A stretch of DNA of 64,000 nucleotides, from contig NC_043003.1 in assembly GCF_006345805.1 (NCBI RefSeq), positions 84,940,001 through 85,004,000 on the forward strand. The letters run 5' to 3'. Both the position numbers and the translations under genes were made by a program. The stretch comes from Octopus sinensis (lineage: Eukaryota). Below the pieces are notes generated by a model. It did no database searches. It worked only from the letters and a program-made list of their open reading frames with translations, and was not told the origin of the DNA. Of the stretch, positions 10,746 to 23,589 are shown piece by piece. Positions within the stretch are counted from its first letter, which is position 1, and every line of letters starts with the position of its first letter.

Positions 10746-11655
10746 GGCCCTTCTTTTTCTACTAATAATGGATAAGTATTGTTCTCACACACGCAGGCGC
10801 ATCAAGTTTAAAAATCATCCATCCACACTTAATACATATTAAAAGTTCGAACTCTACTCTTTCCCTCTCAATGTGTAACCTTGTAGTAAATCAGTTGTAA
10901 ATAGGTTTTGACTGAACGGAACCGGTTGAATCTATTTTACTTCCCTCACACTATTAATATTTCTGGGATAAGCTGGGAAAAGACATATGGTCAAATGTGT
11001 TCCAAAGATTACCACTCAACTTTTTGAATACCGGTGAATCATGATAGCGGTTCTTTGGCATCTCCTTGGTAATGCTGACAAAAACAAACAAAGGAAGTAA
11101 AGAATGTTGTTCAATGTAGCCTTCCTTTTTTCTAAAGACATTACAAAGTGGTCTGAGTTTGATTTGGTCTGCTATTTCTAGCAGTCCCGTAGAGTTTCCC
11201 TCATTTATTTTATTTCTTCACAGTAAAAACCAAATACGTTTCTGCGATTTAGTTTGAATCATCTGCTGTGGTTATTTCATTTTCCTCGCGTCACTATCCT
11301 TTGAATGAATGTCACGGCTTCCCACTACACTTCTTCAAATGAAGCTATTAATAAAAAAAGCAATACCTACAAATTATTAAGTATATTCAATTCTTTTGAT
11401 TTTGATATATTTTTTTTCAACGATCGGAAAATTTTATTTGACTAAATTATAAAATGTCAAATAATTCTAAATTTCTAAATGAACTAAAAATTAATGATTG
11501 TTGTAATAATTATTAAAATAAACATTTTATTTCACTTCACGAGTGTATTCTTTCTTTTTTGTTGCTGTAATTTTTACCCTTCAAACTTTGCTTTGTCCTG
11601 ATTTACACTTCATAATAGTTAAGTTCTATTTTGTGGTAGAAGCCACAGTCATATT

Positions 11656-11880
11656 ATGCGGAGAAAATCCCTGGAGAAGGACATCATGCTCGGAATGGTC
11701 AGTGGCAAGAGAGGAAGAGGCCGACCAAGAACCCGCTGGCTTGACATCATCAATAGTGATATCGGAAAGGACATAGCCAATCTGAAAGAAGCGGCCCAGG
11801 ATAGAACTGACTGCAGGACACTGATCCATCGAGTAACCGAGAGTCGACTTCGACTGAACGGATAGATAGATAGATAGATG
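11656..11880 (+). mobile_element. 5'-truncated RTE (BovB-like) LINE 3' end
   Basis: ORF ...LGMVSGKRGRGRPRTRWLD...AAQDRTDCR...SRLRLNG* is the typical RTE C-terminus; followed by a (GATA)n tail. Confidence 0.9.
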
Positions 11881-12421
11881 ACTGATTGAAGTAATTGTGA
11901 AAATGGGTGACAAAGAGTGAAAAGACTAGATGTGTAGCAGTTATTGATTGGATTTTGATGTTGTGGTGATAGTTGTTAAAGACGGTGGAGATGCATGGTA
12001 TTGAGAGAAAGGACTGTAGAGATGTGGAAGTCATTAAAGGGGCTGTAGAAATTGAGCAGGCTATTGGGATATGCGACTGTAATTGATAAAGCTGTGGAAA
12101 TGAACAAGATCGCATTAAACCCAGTTAAATAGTTTTCTATCACCTTGAGAATTTCGCGTTAATAGAAAATCATTTAAATAATCGATACGTCAGCTTTTTC
12201 CAGTGCTCTCTCAATAGCATAATAGGTACAGGAATGGTCTTGTGGTTAGGAAATCTCCTTCACACTGTCCGATCTTCCTATATATTACATTGTATATGTA
12301 TACTCTACCAACGGAGCAATCAAAGCCTGTGTTGAAATTCTCTGTAGAAGTGTGTTGGCGAAGTAATTCCCGGAAAATAAGAAAAAATCGTCCACTGCTG
12401 AATCTGAAATTATCTTTGTTA

Positions 12422-12463
<42 letters not shown>

Positions 12464-12775
12464 ATCAAAATAAGCAACAAGGATATCCAGAGGTAATGCA
12501 GTACGATATCTTTGATATCCTTGTTGCTTATTTTGATTTAAATCACCTTACTTTGAAATTGTATGGATAATACCGGGTGTCTCAACTTAAGTACCATATT
12601 CATTTGAATATATATATATAATAGAATTTTGACAGTGAACAGGTTGCGGTCTCAAGGCAACGAAAATATTTTGGCAAATTAAATTTAAATGTTGAAAGGA
12701 ATCTAAGGGTTTTGTGTGTTTTAAATGGCTTATAAACACCTTCCGCGTTGCAATTGTTTTCATTCAGGTCCTCCG

Positions 12776-12825
<50 letters not shown>

Positions 12826-12989
12826 AAAAGACAGAACCTACGAGAACTTTTTTTAATCACTACAAATGATTCGACCCCTCAAAACAACCGTAAGAAGGCA
12901 TTCCAAATTTTGGGATTCACTACTGGCCAATTTGTGCATTCAACATTAGCCAATAAACCTTTAAATATTTGTCTTCATCTTCCACGTTC

Positions 12990-13620
12990 ATTAAATCTTC
13001 TCTTCCTCCTTTCTCGTCATTCCTCCTCCACCCTACTCCCTCTTCATCCTCTTCCTCCTCTACCTCCTCCCCTCCCTTTCCGCCTTCTCCTCCTCCCCTC
13101 CTCAACTTCCCTCTCCTCGCTTCCTCCCCCACCTACTTCCCTTCTTCCTCCTATCCCTTCTTCTTCTTCTTCCTCCTCCTCCCCTTCTCCCTTCTTCATC
13201 TTCTCCCTTCCTCCTTCCATTTTCTTCTGCCCCTCCTTCAATTCTTCCATCTTCTCTCTCTTCTTCCCCTCTTCCTCCCGTTCTTCTTCATCCTTCTACT
13301 CCTCTTCCAGCCCTACTTCTTCCTTCTCTGTCGTCTCCTCTTCTTCTTTCTCCTCCTCCTCCTTCCCTTCACCTTCTTTCTCTTCTTCCTCCACCAATTC
13401 TTGTTTTTCGTTTTCTTCCTTCTCTTCCTCCCCTTCTTCTTCTTCATCTTTCTTCTCTTCCTATTTCTTCTCTTCCTCCTCCTCCCCTTCATTTTCCTTC
13501 TTCTCATCTCCTACTATTTCTCCTGCTGCTGCTGCTACTGCCCCCCCCCTCCTCCTTCTCCACCTTCTACTTTCCCCCTCCCCCTCCTCATTCCCCTCTT
13601 CCTCATCCCAACTCTTTTTC
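12990..13620. repeat. About 630-bp homopyrimidine (TCC/TTC) low-complexity tract
   Basis: Direct; source of the S/P/F-rich and E/G/R/K-rich spurious ORFs. Confidence 0.95.
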
Positions 13621-14653
13621 AGCACGTAATTTTTCTCGAACGTAATTCCCGAACGTAATTTTTGTGATTCGAAAGAGTGACTAGTGTTATATTTGGTTTT
13701 CTTAATGCAATGGTGAACCAAAATTAATCTACTTGAATGGTATATGCTTCATTCTGCTAGAGAACTTCACAGAAATAAATCTTGGATGGAGTTCAATGTC
13801 TACAAAGGAAAAAGTAGTATAACACTATACAATGTTTAACCAAGATCTCTATAATTTCTATTTACTCATCGTCAAACCCTTAGTTAATAATAATCCTTAA
13901 CGCAGAGTCGTTTGGTTTAGCACAATCGTTCCAAATTTTGCCAAAGTGCCTTACAGTATTTAGTTAAATTCCTCTGTACGTACTGATTTTGTATTCCAAC
14001 AATGTTAATTTTGCCTTACATTTTCCTGGAGTCAATAAAATAAATGCCAGACGGGAATTGCTGAAATTAATCCACTGCACATGTGGCTCTGTATCTATGT
14101 GAATAACTGACGTATTTATCAATACGGTAACAACGGAATTAATAGTAGAGGACTGAATTATTATTTATATTTATATTTTATACACAGCTCTGTGGATTGA
14201 CATTTTTCGATGGTTTCCTGGTGATTTTTTTCGTCCTTTAAACAGATTACTAAACTTAAGTTTGAACACGTACACGCATACCTCCTATGTATGCATGTAT
14301 GAATGTGTGTTTGTATGTGTGTATGTGTATGCATGTATGCATGTGTACATGTATGCACGGATGTGTGCATGTATACATATACACACAACACCACCAGATG
14401 ATTGGCAAATACACATGCATGTGAAGAGCAGAAATACAGAAACATTCCTATAGAGTTAGTAGAACTCAAACTTTTCTACTGTTTGTTAATATTTCAGTTT
14501 AAAACCAGTTTTGGGAAAGAACAATGAATCAAAGAATAAGACAGAATTGTTAATCTATTGTCTTTCAATATTTATAGTTTCGTCCCTTGTGTGCAATTTT
14601 CGCGGGAGTGGAAACTTTCTTTCGCTCTTCAGATACTTTCTTTCATTTCACAC

Positions 14654-14951
14654 ACCAGTAATACATTATTTACATTAGATCGACATGTGTCCTCATCCTG
14701 TCTGTTGTTACCACAACGTTGCGGCTGATTTACTCTGCAGCCTTCATCAGGTGTCCTAGTAGGATTTTGAACCCAATCCTGCGTTCAAAATCCTACCACG
14801 ACACCTGATGAAGGCTAGAGAGTAAATCAGCCGAAACGTTGTGGTAACAATAAACAAGATAAGGACACGTTTCCGTCTAATGTAAATAATGTAAATAATG
14901 TACAGAATTTCTCATCTCAAAAATACAGAACTGTATTACCAGTAATACATT
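14654..14951. mobile_element. Tail-to-tail inverted Penelope-like terminal repeat, about 230-bp palindrome, with 14-bp flanking direct repeat
   Basis: Arms about 14662-14770 and 14785-14892 are reverse complements. ACCAGTAATACATT at 14654-14667 and 14938-14951. Confidence 0.75.
14798..14845 (+). ncRNA. Minimal type-I hammerhead ribozyme motif
   Basis: cac-CTGATGA-a-ggct(12-nt loop)agcc-GAAA-CG-TT-gtg: intact core boxes, 4-bp helix II, palindromic ACGT in place of helix III, helix I cac/gtg. Confidence 0.6.
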
Positions 14952-15399
14952 TAATTAACTCATTTGCGTTTTACCCTTCTCTCTCAAAAATTGTATTTTG
15001 TCTATTCGGAACAACACCAAAAATATTTTCGTCAGAAAATTTCAGTTAATCAGCTTTGTACACATATATATAATCCTTTATTTTTGTTTTGTATTGTATT
15101 GTGAAAATTATAGATCTGTACATGTAATTACTTATGCTGCTGTTTGCTTTCTTCTTGTTTATTTTTTAAATGATATTTTGTGTTTTGAATATCACTCTTC
15201 AATATTATCGTTGTCGAATTTGTGGTAGTGTTTTCGAGAGGTCCTCCAAGTGTGTAATCTGTTTATCTTGTTGTGTCGACAACACTGCCAATACCAGTTA
15301 AATACATAAATAATACATATGATCACAGCCACAATGAGAATGATGCAAATGATTGGAGTTCGATCCAGAGACTGCTGAGGTATTTTAGTACCTACAATG

Positions 15400-15466
<67 letters not shown>

Positions 15467-15489
15467 AAGAAGAAGAAGAAGGAGAAGAA

Positions 15490-16790
15490 AAAAATTGTTG
15501 ACAAATTGTTGACAGAATGCACCGCCCAAAAGCAGATATAGAACGACTTTACATGCCGAGAAAAAAGCTTGGTTGTGGATTTTACAACTGGAATTAACGA
15601 TGATTGACACAATTGACCTAAACATCTACCTGAAAAACGCTGATGACTAGATGTTAAAACTTGTTTTAAAGCAGGAAAACAAGAAAATATCATACTCAGT
15701 AACAAAACAGGCAAAGAAATATCTAAATGAATTCCAAATACAACAAATCCCAGAATTAGACGTACTGGAAACAAGTAGAGAAAAGGCTAAGCTTATGAAA
15801 ACTCATGCTAAAACTGCTGCCTTAGATATTCTTACTGATAGATAGCATGAAAAATCTCTCAATAGCAAATACCCAAAGAGAGTTAATAATACCGATGTTG
15901 ACAGAGCGAGCCCTTACCCGTCAATGGTTAGTGTTCTCTGGCTTAAAAATCAAAGACAGAAGGGTTTATCATAGCAGCCCAAGATCAATACCTATTGATA
16001 ATGACCTACCATGTCAACATATTAAAGAACGGCAGTAACCCAACATGTTGTGTATGTAAACAACAAAATGAAACCATTGATCATGTTGCCACCATTTGCA
16101 GTCTTCTTGTGCCTACAAAGTATCTCAACAGGCATGATTGAGCAGCACAGTATATTACTGTGTAATTTGCAAAAACTTGGACCTGCCCCATGATAAAAAC
16201 TGATGGGAACGCAAGCCACTTCCAGTGCTTAAAAATGACCACATCTCAATCCTCTGGAACTTCACCGTTCAAACTGACAGAAAGATAGCTGTGAATAGGC
16301 TAGACATTATATTGAAGGACTTCAGACAAAGATCATGCCTCCTCACCAATATGACTGTTCCAATCGATATAAATGTATCTGTCAAAATCTACCAAAAACT
16401 GAGCAAATATAAAGATCTTGAAATAGAAATTGGCAAAATGTGGTATCTCAAGACTAAAACAATACCTGTTGTCATAGGTGCCTTAGGAATGATAGCAAAA
16501 GGAGCTGATTGCTACCTAGCACAGATATCACGAAATCCCCAAATGGTTGAAATTCAAAAAATAGTGCTCATGGGAATTGCCCATATGCTACGTAAAATAC
16601 TGTCTATGGAAACTCAAATTTTCAAACAAACTTATAATTTTCTTATGTTTTCTTAAACATTCTCTAGAACAATACTTTGTGCAAAACCAAATATATGCAC
16701 CCTAGTCATAACACCAACTTTAACTTCTAACTTGTTGTCTATTGAGGTCTCTGGGTGATAGTTGGAGTTAACTTGTATAAATAGAAAGCA
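15490..16790 (+). mobile_element. Decayed R4/Dong-like non-LTR retrotransposon 3' part
   Basis: Post-RT region, CCHC knuckle (CCVCKQQNETIDHVATIC) and restriction-like endonuclease (ILWNFTVQTDRKIAVNRLDII...KYKDL...IPVVIGALG), with stops and frameshifts. Confidence 0.9.
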
Positions 16791-16855
16791 AAAATCAAAC
16801 ATATAATAATAACAATAATAATGATGATGATGATGATAATAATAATAATAATTAG

Positions 16856-16978
16856 TCCCCTAAAGGATGAAAGGCAAAGCCGACCTCGGTGGAATATGAA
16901 CTCCGAACGTAGCGGCGGGCGAAATGCTGTTAAGCATTTCGTCCAGCGTGCTAACGTTTCTGTCAGTTCGCCACCTGC
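16856..16978 (-). mobile_element. SINE family A 5' half
   Basis: aaggatgaaaggcaaagccgacctcggtggaat...gctaacgtttctgtcagttcgcc. Confidence 0.85.
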
Positions 16979-18873
16979 CATAATAATAATAATAATGATG
17001 ATGATAAAGCATTTTTAAAAAATTAATGCAAAATAGTTGAATTTTAAATTTATAGGCTGTACTAGATCAACAGTATTTAAGCCATGATCAAACATGTTCC
17101 AGCTGTAACTGTCAGCTTATGTTTGTTATATTTTCAGACAAAGGTTATCAAGGACCGAATTACCCAATCTAACCTGATTTTAAAAGCTTTCGTAGATTTG
17201 GAAATGCTTTTACCAACAAATATAGACCTCATCGCGGATATACTTCTTGTTAATTGAATTGGATTACGATTATATCTAGATTGGAAAGTGTAGTAGCAGA
17301 GCATGCAATATTTTAAGATCACAACGCAAAGGATTCTGGATTGCAAATTGAAAAAAACAAAAAAAAACAAAAAAAAAACAGAAGACAGACTTTGCACAAG
17401 AGATTCCATTAAGACAGATTTTGCACAGCATATTCCAATAAGACTAGCAATATGATGGCGTTATATAAGATTCAAATAGGATCTAGGAATATAAGATCGA
17501 AATAAGAACTTGAATGTAGAAGCAAGATAACTTTCATTCACTATTTTGCTCTAAATGTCGAACATGAAATGACTACAGGAATCAGAAGTAAGTTCAGTAA
17601 TTCAGCTACAACAGAATTTAGTAGAACTTTTAAAGCGTGAGTGGAGACCTGTCAGTGGTCAACAAAACAATTTAGTTGAGGATAGCCTCCACCATGTAAA
17701 ATGCATTCTAGGCTTCTTTAGGAAACTGTGATGACTTTGTAACAACTGTTTCATGCAAAAGGTGAACTTTATACCATGCCAGAGCGACTTCATCAGAATG
17801 CAGTCACGGACCCAATAATTTCTTTGACAAGTGAATTAATTAAAATGATTTTTATCAACCAATCAACGATTCATATTCTGTGTACTTTTACGCGTTTTCC
17901 TAATCAGTACCAAAATATTTGACACATTGATGCCCAAAGAATAACTTAATCTTCATACATTACTGTCCGAAGAACAGAGGATTCTACATATTTTGATTAC
18001 TGGGTAACAGAATATTGTAGTAACTATTTCGCTAGTCGTTGTATATAAGATGCAACATTACATATGTGAACATTTCCATTCTAGGAACAGTCCTATGCTG
18101 TTACGAATACAGAGCATGTGATATGCATACACGTATACATTTGCATAGGAGTTTATATGCGTTCGTGTATGCATACTTGAACATACATTTGTCCGTACTC
18201 ATACACATTTCTCAACGTTGGAATAGATCTTACTTGTGACAACATTTTGTACGTCTCACATTGAGTTTAGTCAACTTAATAATTTCAAGTAGAAATATAT
18301 CTGCAATACATATTTTCTATGATATCGCCAAGGGTTAGAAAAATTTAGGAACAGTTTTTTTTTTTTACAGATATTTCATAATGTGCATCATCTCCATTCT
18401 ATATGTCACAGAGAACGGGGGGGGGGAGTGCCTATTACATGTCATATTTTATGGAATGTAATATTTCAAATCTTGAAAGCACAATTCTTAAAGTGTTAAT
18501 ATTATCTCAGCAAAGAACCGCTACATTATTTACCACTTAGTTTAAGGGAAATACACAGAAAATACTCTGTATACAGATTTGAAAAACAAACAAACAAACA
18601 AAATACTATATATTATTTACCTTTTTGTTTTGAGTAATACACCGCCATAAAACCCCGACTGTGCGCTGACCAGTTCGCCGAGTACCAAATCAGCATTCTG
18701 TTAGTAGAAGAAACTATACTAACAGTTTTCGGTCCACAAAATTGACCAATCATATTATCTGTTTCAATATCTGCCGATGAGAAAACAACGATGATGCAAA
18801 GAATAAGAATAAAGTGTAATGTAGAGAATGTTAGAGCATTAATACAACCATACGAGTATTATTAATGCAAACA

Positions 18874-19420
18874 TACGAGGGGGTACCCAAAAGAAACCGG
18901 AATTTTGCAATATTATTTTATTCACTTAGTTTTACGTTTACACTTTTATCGCTTCCAAAGTATTCTCCATTTGAAGCAATGCGTTGGTCCAGGCGCGTTT
19001 TCTACTCCTCGAAGTAGTGCTGGACCTATTCCGAAGGGATGTCGTTTAACGCCTCTGTCGTTTTTTACTTCGCCTCTTCCACATCTGCAAATTATGTAGC
19101 ACCAGCTTTCGTCATCACATTCAGTCGTGACTACTTTTGATCTTCCGTGAGCAAGCGAGGCACAAATTTTGCTGCAACTCTTTTCATTCGCAATTTTTCG
19201 TTCAAAATTCGTTGGCAGGCGCTCCAGGACGCCCCAGTTGTGTCAACAAGTTTGTCAATTGTTCAGTGACGGTCCTACAAGATTAGTTCATGAGTTTTCA
19301 TAATGTTTTCATTCGTTCGGGAGGTCGACGTCCGTCCTGGACGAAGCTGGTCTTCAAGAAAAAAGTGACCATTCTCAAAGCGTAGAAAATTCCTGTTATG
19401 GAATACATTCATAAACACCA
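18874..19420 (-). mobile_element. Internally deleted mariner transposon remnant
   Basis: TA-CGAGGGGGTACCCAAAA terminus; minus-strand ILNEKLRMKRVAAKFVPRLLTEDQK transposase motif. Confidence 0.8.
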
Positions 19421-19499
19421 ACTCAAAGAATACTAGTGGAATATTCCCGTCAAAACTTCTGTCAAATGTAAACATACATTCATACATATATATATGCAT

Positions 19500-20550
19500 A
19501 AAACTTAGATAAAACTTAGATATGTTTCGACCAGAGATTGGTCCAGGCCATGTCTAACTTAATAGCACCACCTGATAGGATTATTCGAATCCTGTTTAAG
19601 TCAAGTTTTGTTCAAGTAGTGAGTTCTTGTTGGGTGAGTTGTATCCAATTATGGGTGGCTTATCTGGTATTCTTTGAAGGAATCTATCCAGACTCTGTTT
19701 GAAGTTGATGGGATCCTTTTCCTCTTTGATCTCCCTCGGGACAATGTTAAATAGGGCAGGGCCTGTTGAGGAAAAGAAATTATGTTGCAGTGTACATGTA
19801 TGTTGTGATCTTGAATTTGGCAGGGGACGTATAGCCCGTGGTCCAAGTCTTGGATGAACCTTGAAGCTAATGTTTAGGTCCTTTGGGCAAAGTTGGCGGT
19901 ATATTTTCCACATCGTACAAATGATGTACCGCTCACGGCGACGCTGGAGGGAGTAAAGTTTCAAGGCTTTAAGGCGATCCCAATAATCGAGAGCAGCCAT
20001 GCCTTCAATTTGTTTAGTGAGAGCCCTCTGGGGTGACTCAATTCTGGAGATGTTTTGTCTTGTGTGAGGAGACCACAGTGGGCAGCAGTATTCAAGGTGT
20101 GGCCGTACAAAGGAGGAAAAAAGTGGTATGATGACACCTTGTTCTCTGGACCGGAAAGTTCTTAAGATCCAGGAACTCATCCTACGAGCTATATCGACCT
20201 TCTTGTTGATGTGTGCACTCCAACTGAGATCGTCATCAACAATTACACCCAGGTCTCTGATATTGTTAGAGGCTGTGAGCGGTTCCTCTGAAGGAAGAGA
20301 GTATGGTTGTTTTAGTGAGGAATTTCTTCCAAAATGCATCAGCTCAAATTTTTCCTCATTCAGTTGCATTTTGTTTCTGTCTACCCATTGACTCACAGCA
20401 TATTGATCACACTGGAGTTGAGTTCGGTCTGCTTCTTCATTGACGATTTGCTGGAGCTTAGTGTCATCAGCGAATATTTTCACTTTGCAGTGATGTACGA
20501 CACTGGAAAGGTCGTTTACGTAAATTATGAAGAGTAGCGGACCCAAAACA
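19500..20550 (-). mobile_element. 5'-truncated CR1-clade LINE (RT C-terminal part, 316-aa open frame 19596-20546)
   Basis: [32 protein letters not shown] and YSLQRRRERY motifs. Confidence 0.92.
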
Positions 20551-20559
20551 GTTCCCTTT

Positions 20560-21870
<1,311 letters not shown>

Positions 21871-22329
21871 AATTAGGGCTTAGTAAAATAAATTACTTTG
21901 CCACATACTGAACTTAGTAGAAATAGCAGCCCAAAAAAATTTTTTAGCCACTTCTACTACTTAAAGAAAATTTCTCTCAGATAATGTTTACTCCAGACAG
22001 CTCACGAAGGTTTGGAGGTAAATACAGAAAAATATCACAAGTACATAGATCTATGTACTTGTGTACTTGTGATATTTTTCTGTATTTACCTCCAAACCTT
22101 CGTGAGCTGTCTGGAGTAAACATTATCTGAGAGAAATTTTCTTTTATAGTAGAAATGGCTACAAAAATTTTTTTGGCTGCTATTTCTACTAAGTTCAGTA
22201 TGTGGCAAAGTAATTTATTTTACTAAGCCCTAATTATATAATGTAATATTTTGAATTCGCCTTAAATGGTCCTTTACATACTGAACACTTGGTGAAATTG
22301 ATTAATTAATTAATTTTACCCTCAATTGT

Positions 22330-22332
<3 letters not shown>
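21871..22332. mobile_element. Foldback element: about 365-bp near-perfect palindrome (21871-22235) plus about 95-bp one-sided tail
   Basis: Arms aattagggcttagtaaaataaattactttgcc... / ...ggcaaagtaatttattttactaagccctaatt. Same family at 28035-28730. Confidence 0.85.
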
Positions 22333-22369
<37 letters not shown>

Positions 22370-22647
22370 ACACAGGAAATTAGCTATATATAGATGAAGC
22401 AGTAACTATACTGAGAAGTAACGTTCATCACGTCTTAAACATGACAGTTCCGTGGGAACCGACGTTACTGCTATTTTTTAACCTCTGAAGGACGCCTCCT
22501 CCAGCGGGTTATTCCATGCAATCTGAAAACAGCCATGCTTAAGTGGCAATAAACATTGCTTCTCAGTGTATTTACTGCTTTTATCTCTTAAGGAGATTTT
22601 ATCATCTCGATAATTTGCTTGTTGCAAAATCAGTGACTGTCTCTCGC

Positions 22648-22952
22648 TTATTTTCTGTATAACGCGAGCTGGAGTGAACTATTGCTATCTCTAGTAGACG
22701 AGTATCCACCACCGAGGATGACCACAAAAATGTCGAGAACGTGCAGTTTGGTGGTATGGTGTCTGGAATATGGTAGGGGTTCACTCTCCTGCTTGCAATA
22801 TATATCGGATGCAGATTGCAGCGAATTACAAGCTGGAGGATCAAACCAGCTGGAGGAGCAAATTAACAGCAAATTCTCTTTTTCAGAATGTAGTGGTTCT
22901 AAATCTGCAGAAACACGAAGTCTGCTTCGGACGACGCGGAGTAAAGTGGATA
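22648..22952 (-). CDS. Candidate terminal exon of the CUB-domain gene (xSTLLRVVRSRLRVSADLEPLHSEKENLLL...LYRK*)
   Basis: tatatcttAG acceptor 146 nt after the previous donor; phase-1 frame open for 100 codons; elevated GC. Similarity to a CUB C-terminal half is weak, and the expected Cys is missing. Confidence 0.4.
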
Positions 22953-23098
22953 CTAAGATATAAATTCTAATGGCGCAAGTTATCTAAATTCAACATTACG
23001 ATTCATTTCATCAAATATATGAGCATCTCTTTTACTATTAATTCTCCTTACAGCTCCGTCTCTAAGTATTTTAAGTGCATGAATAGCTGGATATTTAC

Positions 23099-23232
23099 CT
23101 GATACATTATCATAGACCCGAAGGGCTGCTTCTCTGCAATTGTAAGACTGGGGCATTCCAGACTAAGCAAGCTCAAGAACGATAACGTCATTCATTTCCT
23201 TTGCCATAACAATCCATTGAATATTCATTGGA
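23099..23232 (-). pseudogene. CUB-domain exon (SPMNIQWIVMAKEMNDVIVLELA*SGMPQSYNCREAALRVYDNVS) with in-frame TAG
   Basis: Strong acceptor ttttgcttttttgtttAG, GTAAAT donor, phase 2 to 1 matching its neighbours. CUB pattern W.I...VI.LE...C...L.VYD. TAG at 23163-23165. Confidence 0.75.
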
Positions 23233-23344
23233 CTAAACAAAAAAGCAAAACATGACTATGTAAAACATGGCTATGTAAAATATGACTATATAAAATGAAG
23301 ACACATACAATAGAAGTACAAAATGGCTGACGGTTAGTAAGGAG

Positions 23345-23540
23345 AGACACAAATAAGAAAGAAGAAAACGAGGCCAGTAATTGGGAAGGTAGGTCGTTAG
23401 TCGATACTATCGCGCCTAGCACTTGACCGGCACTTTACTTTGTCCTAAGGCGGGATGAAAAGCAGAGTGACTTCAGACGGATTTGATCTAAAACGTAAAG
23501 AGTTAGAGGAAATGCTAGATACAATTCTGCCAACTTGCAC
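23345..23540 (-). mobile_element. Degenerate SINE family A
   Basis: aggccagtaattggg...tagtcgatact...gggatgaaaagcagagt...gatttgatct. Confidence 0.55.
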
Positions 23541-23589
23541 TAATAATAATAATAATATTTTAAAAGGATTGACGTAACTCTTCACAAAG

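Noticed and set aside
12748-13721. 293-aa Ser/Pro-rich ORF and antisense Glu/Arg/Lys-rich ORFs
   Set aside because: Produced by the homopyrimidine tract, which lacks stops by composition.
17139-17370. Strong + strand acceptor followed by DKGYQGPNYPI* (possible alternative terminal exon or CUB-like remnant)
   Set aside because: Stops in the suggestive frame, no supporting donor or second line of evidence; lies beyond the putative polyA signal.
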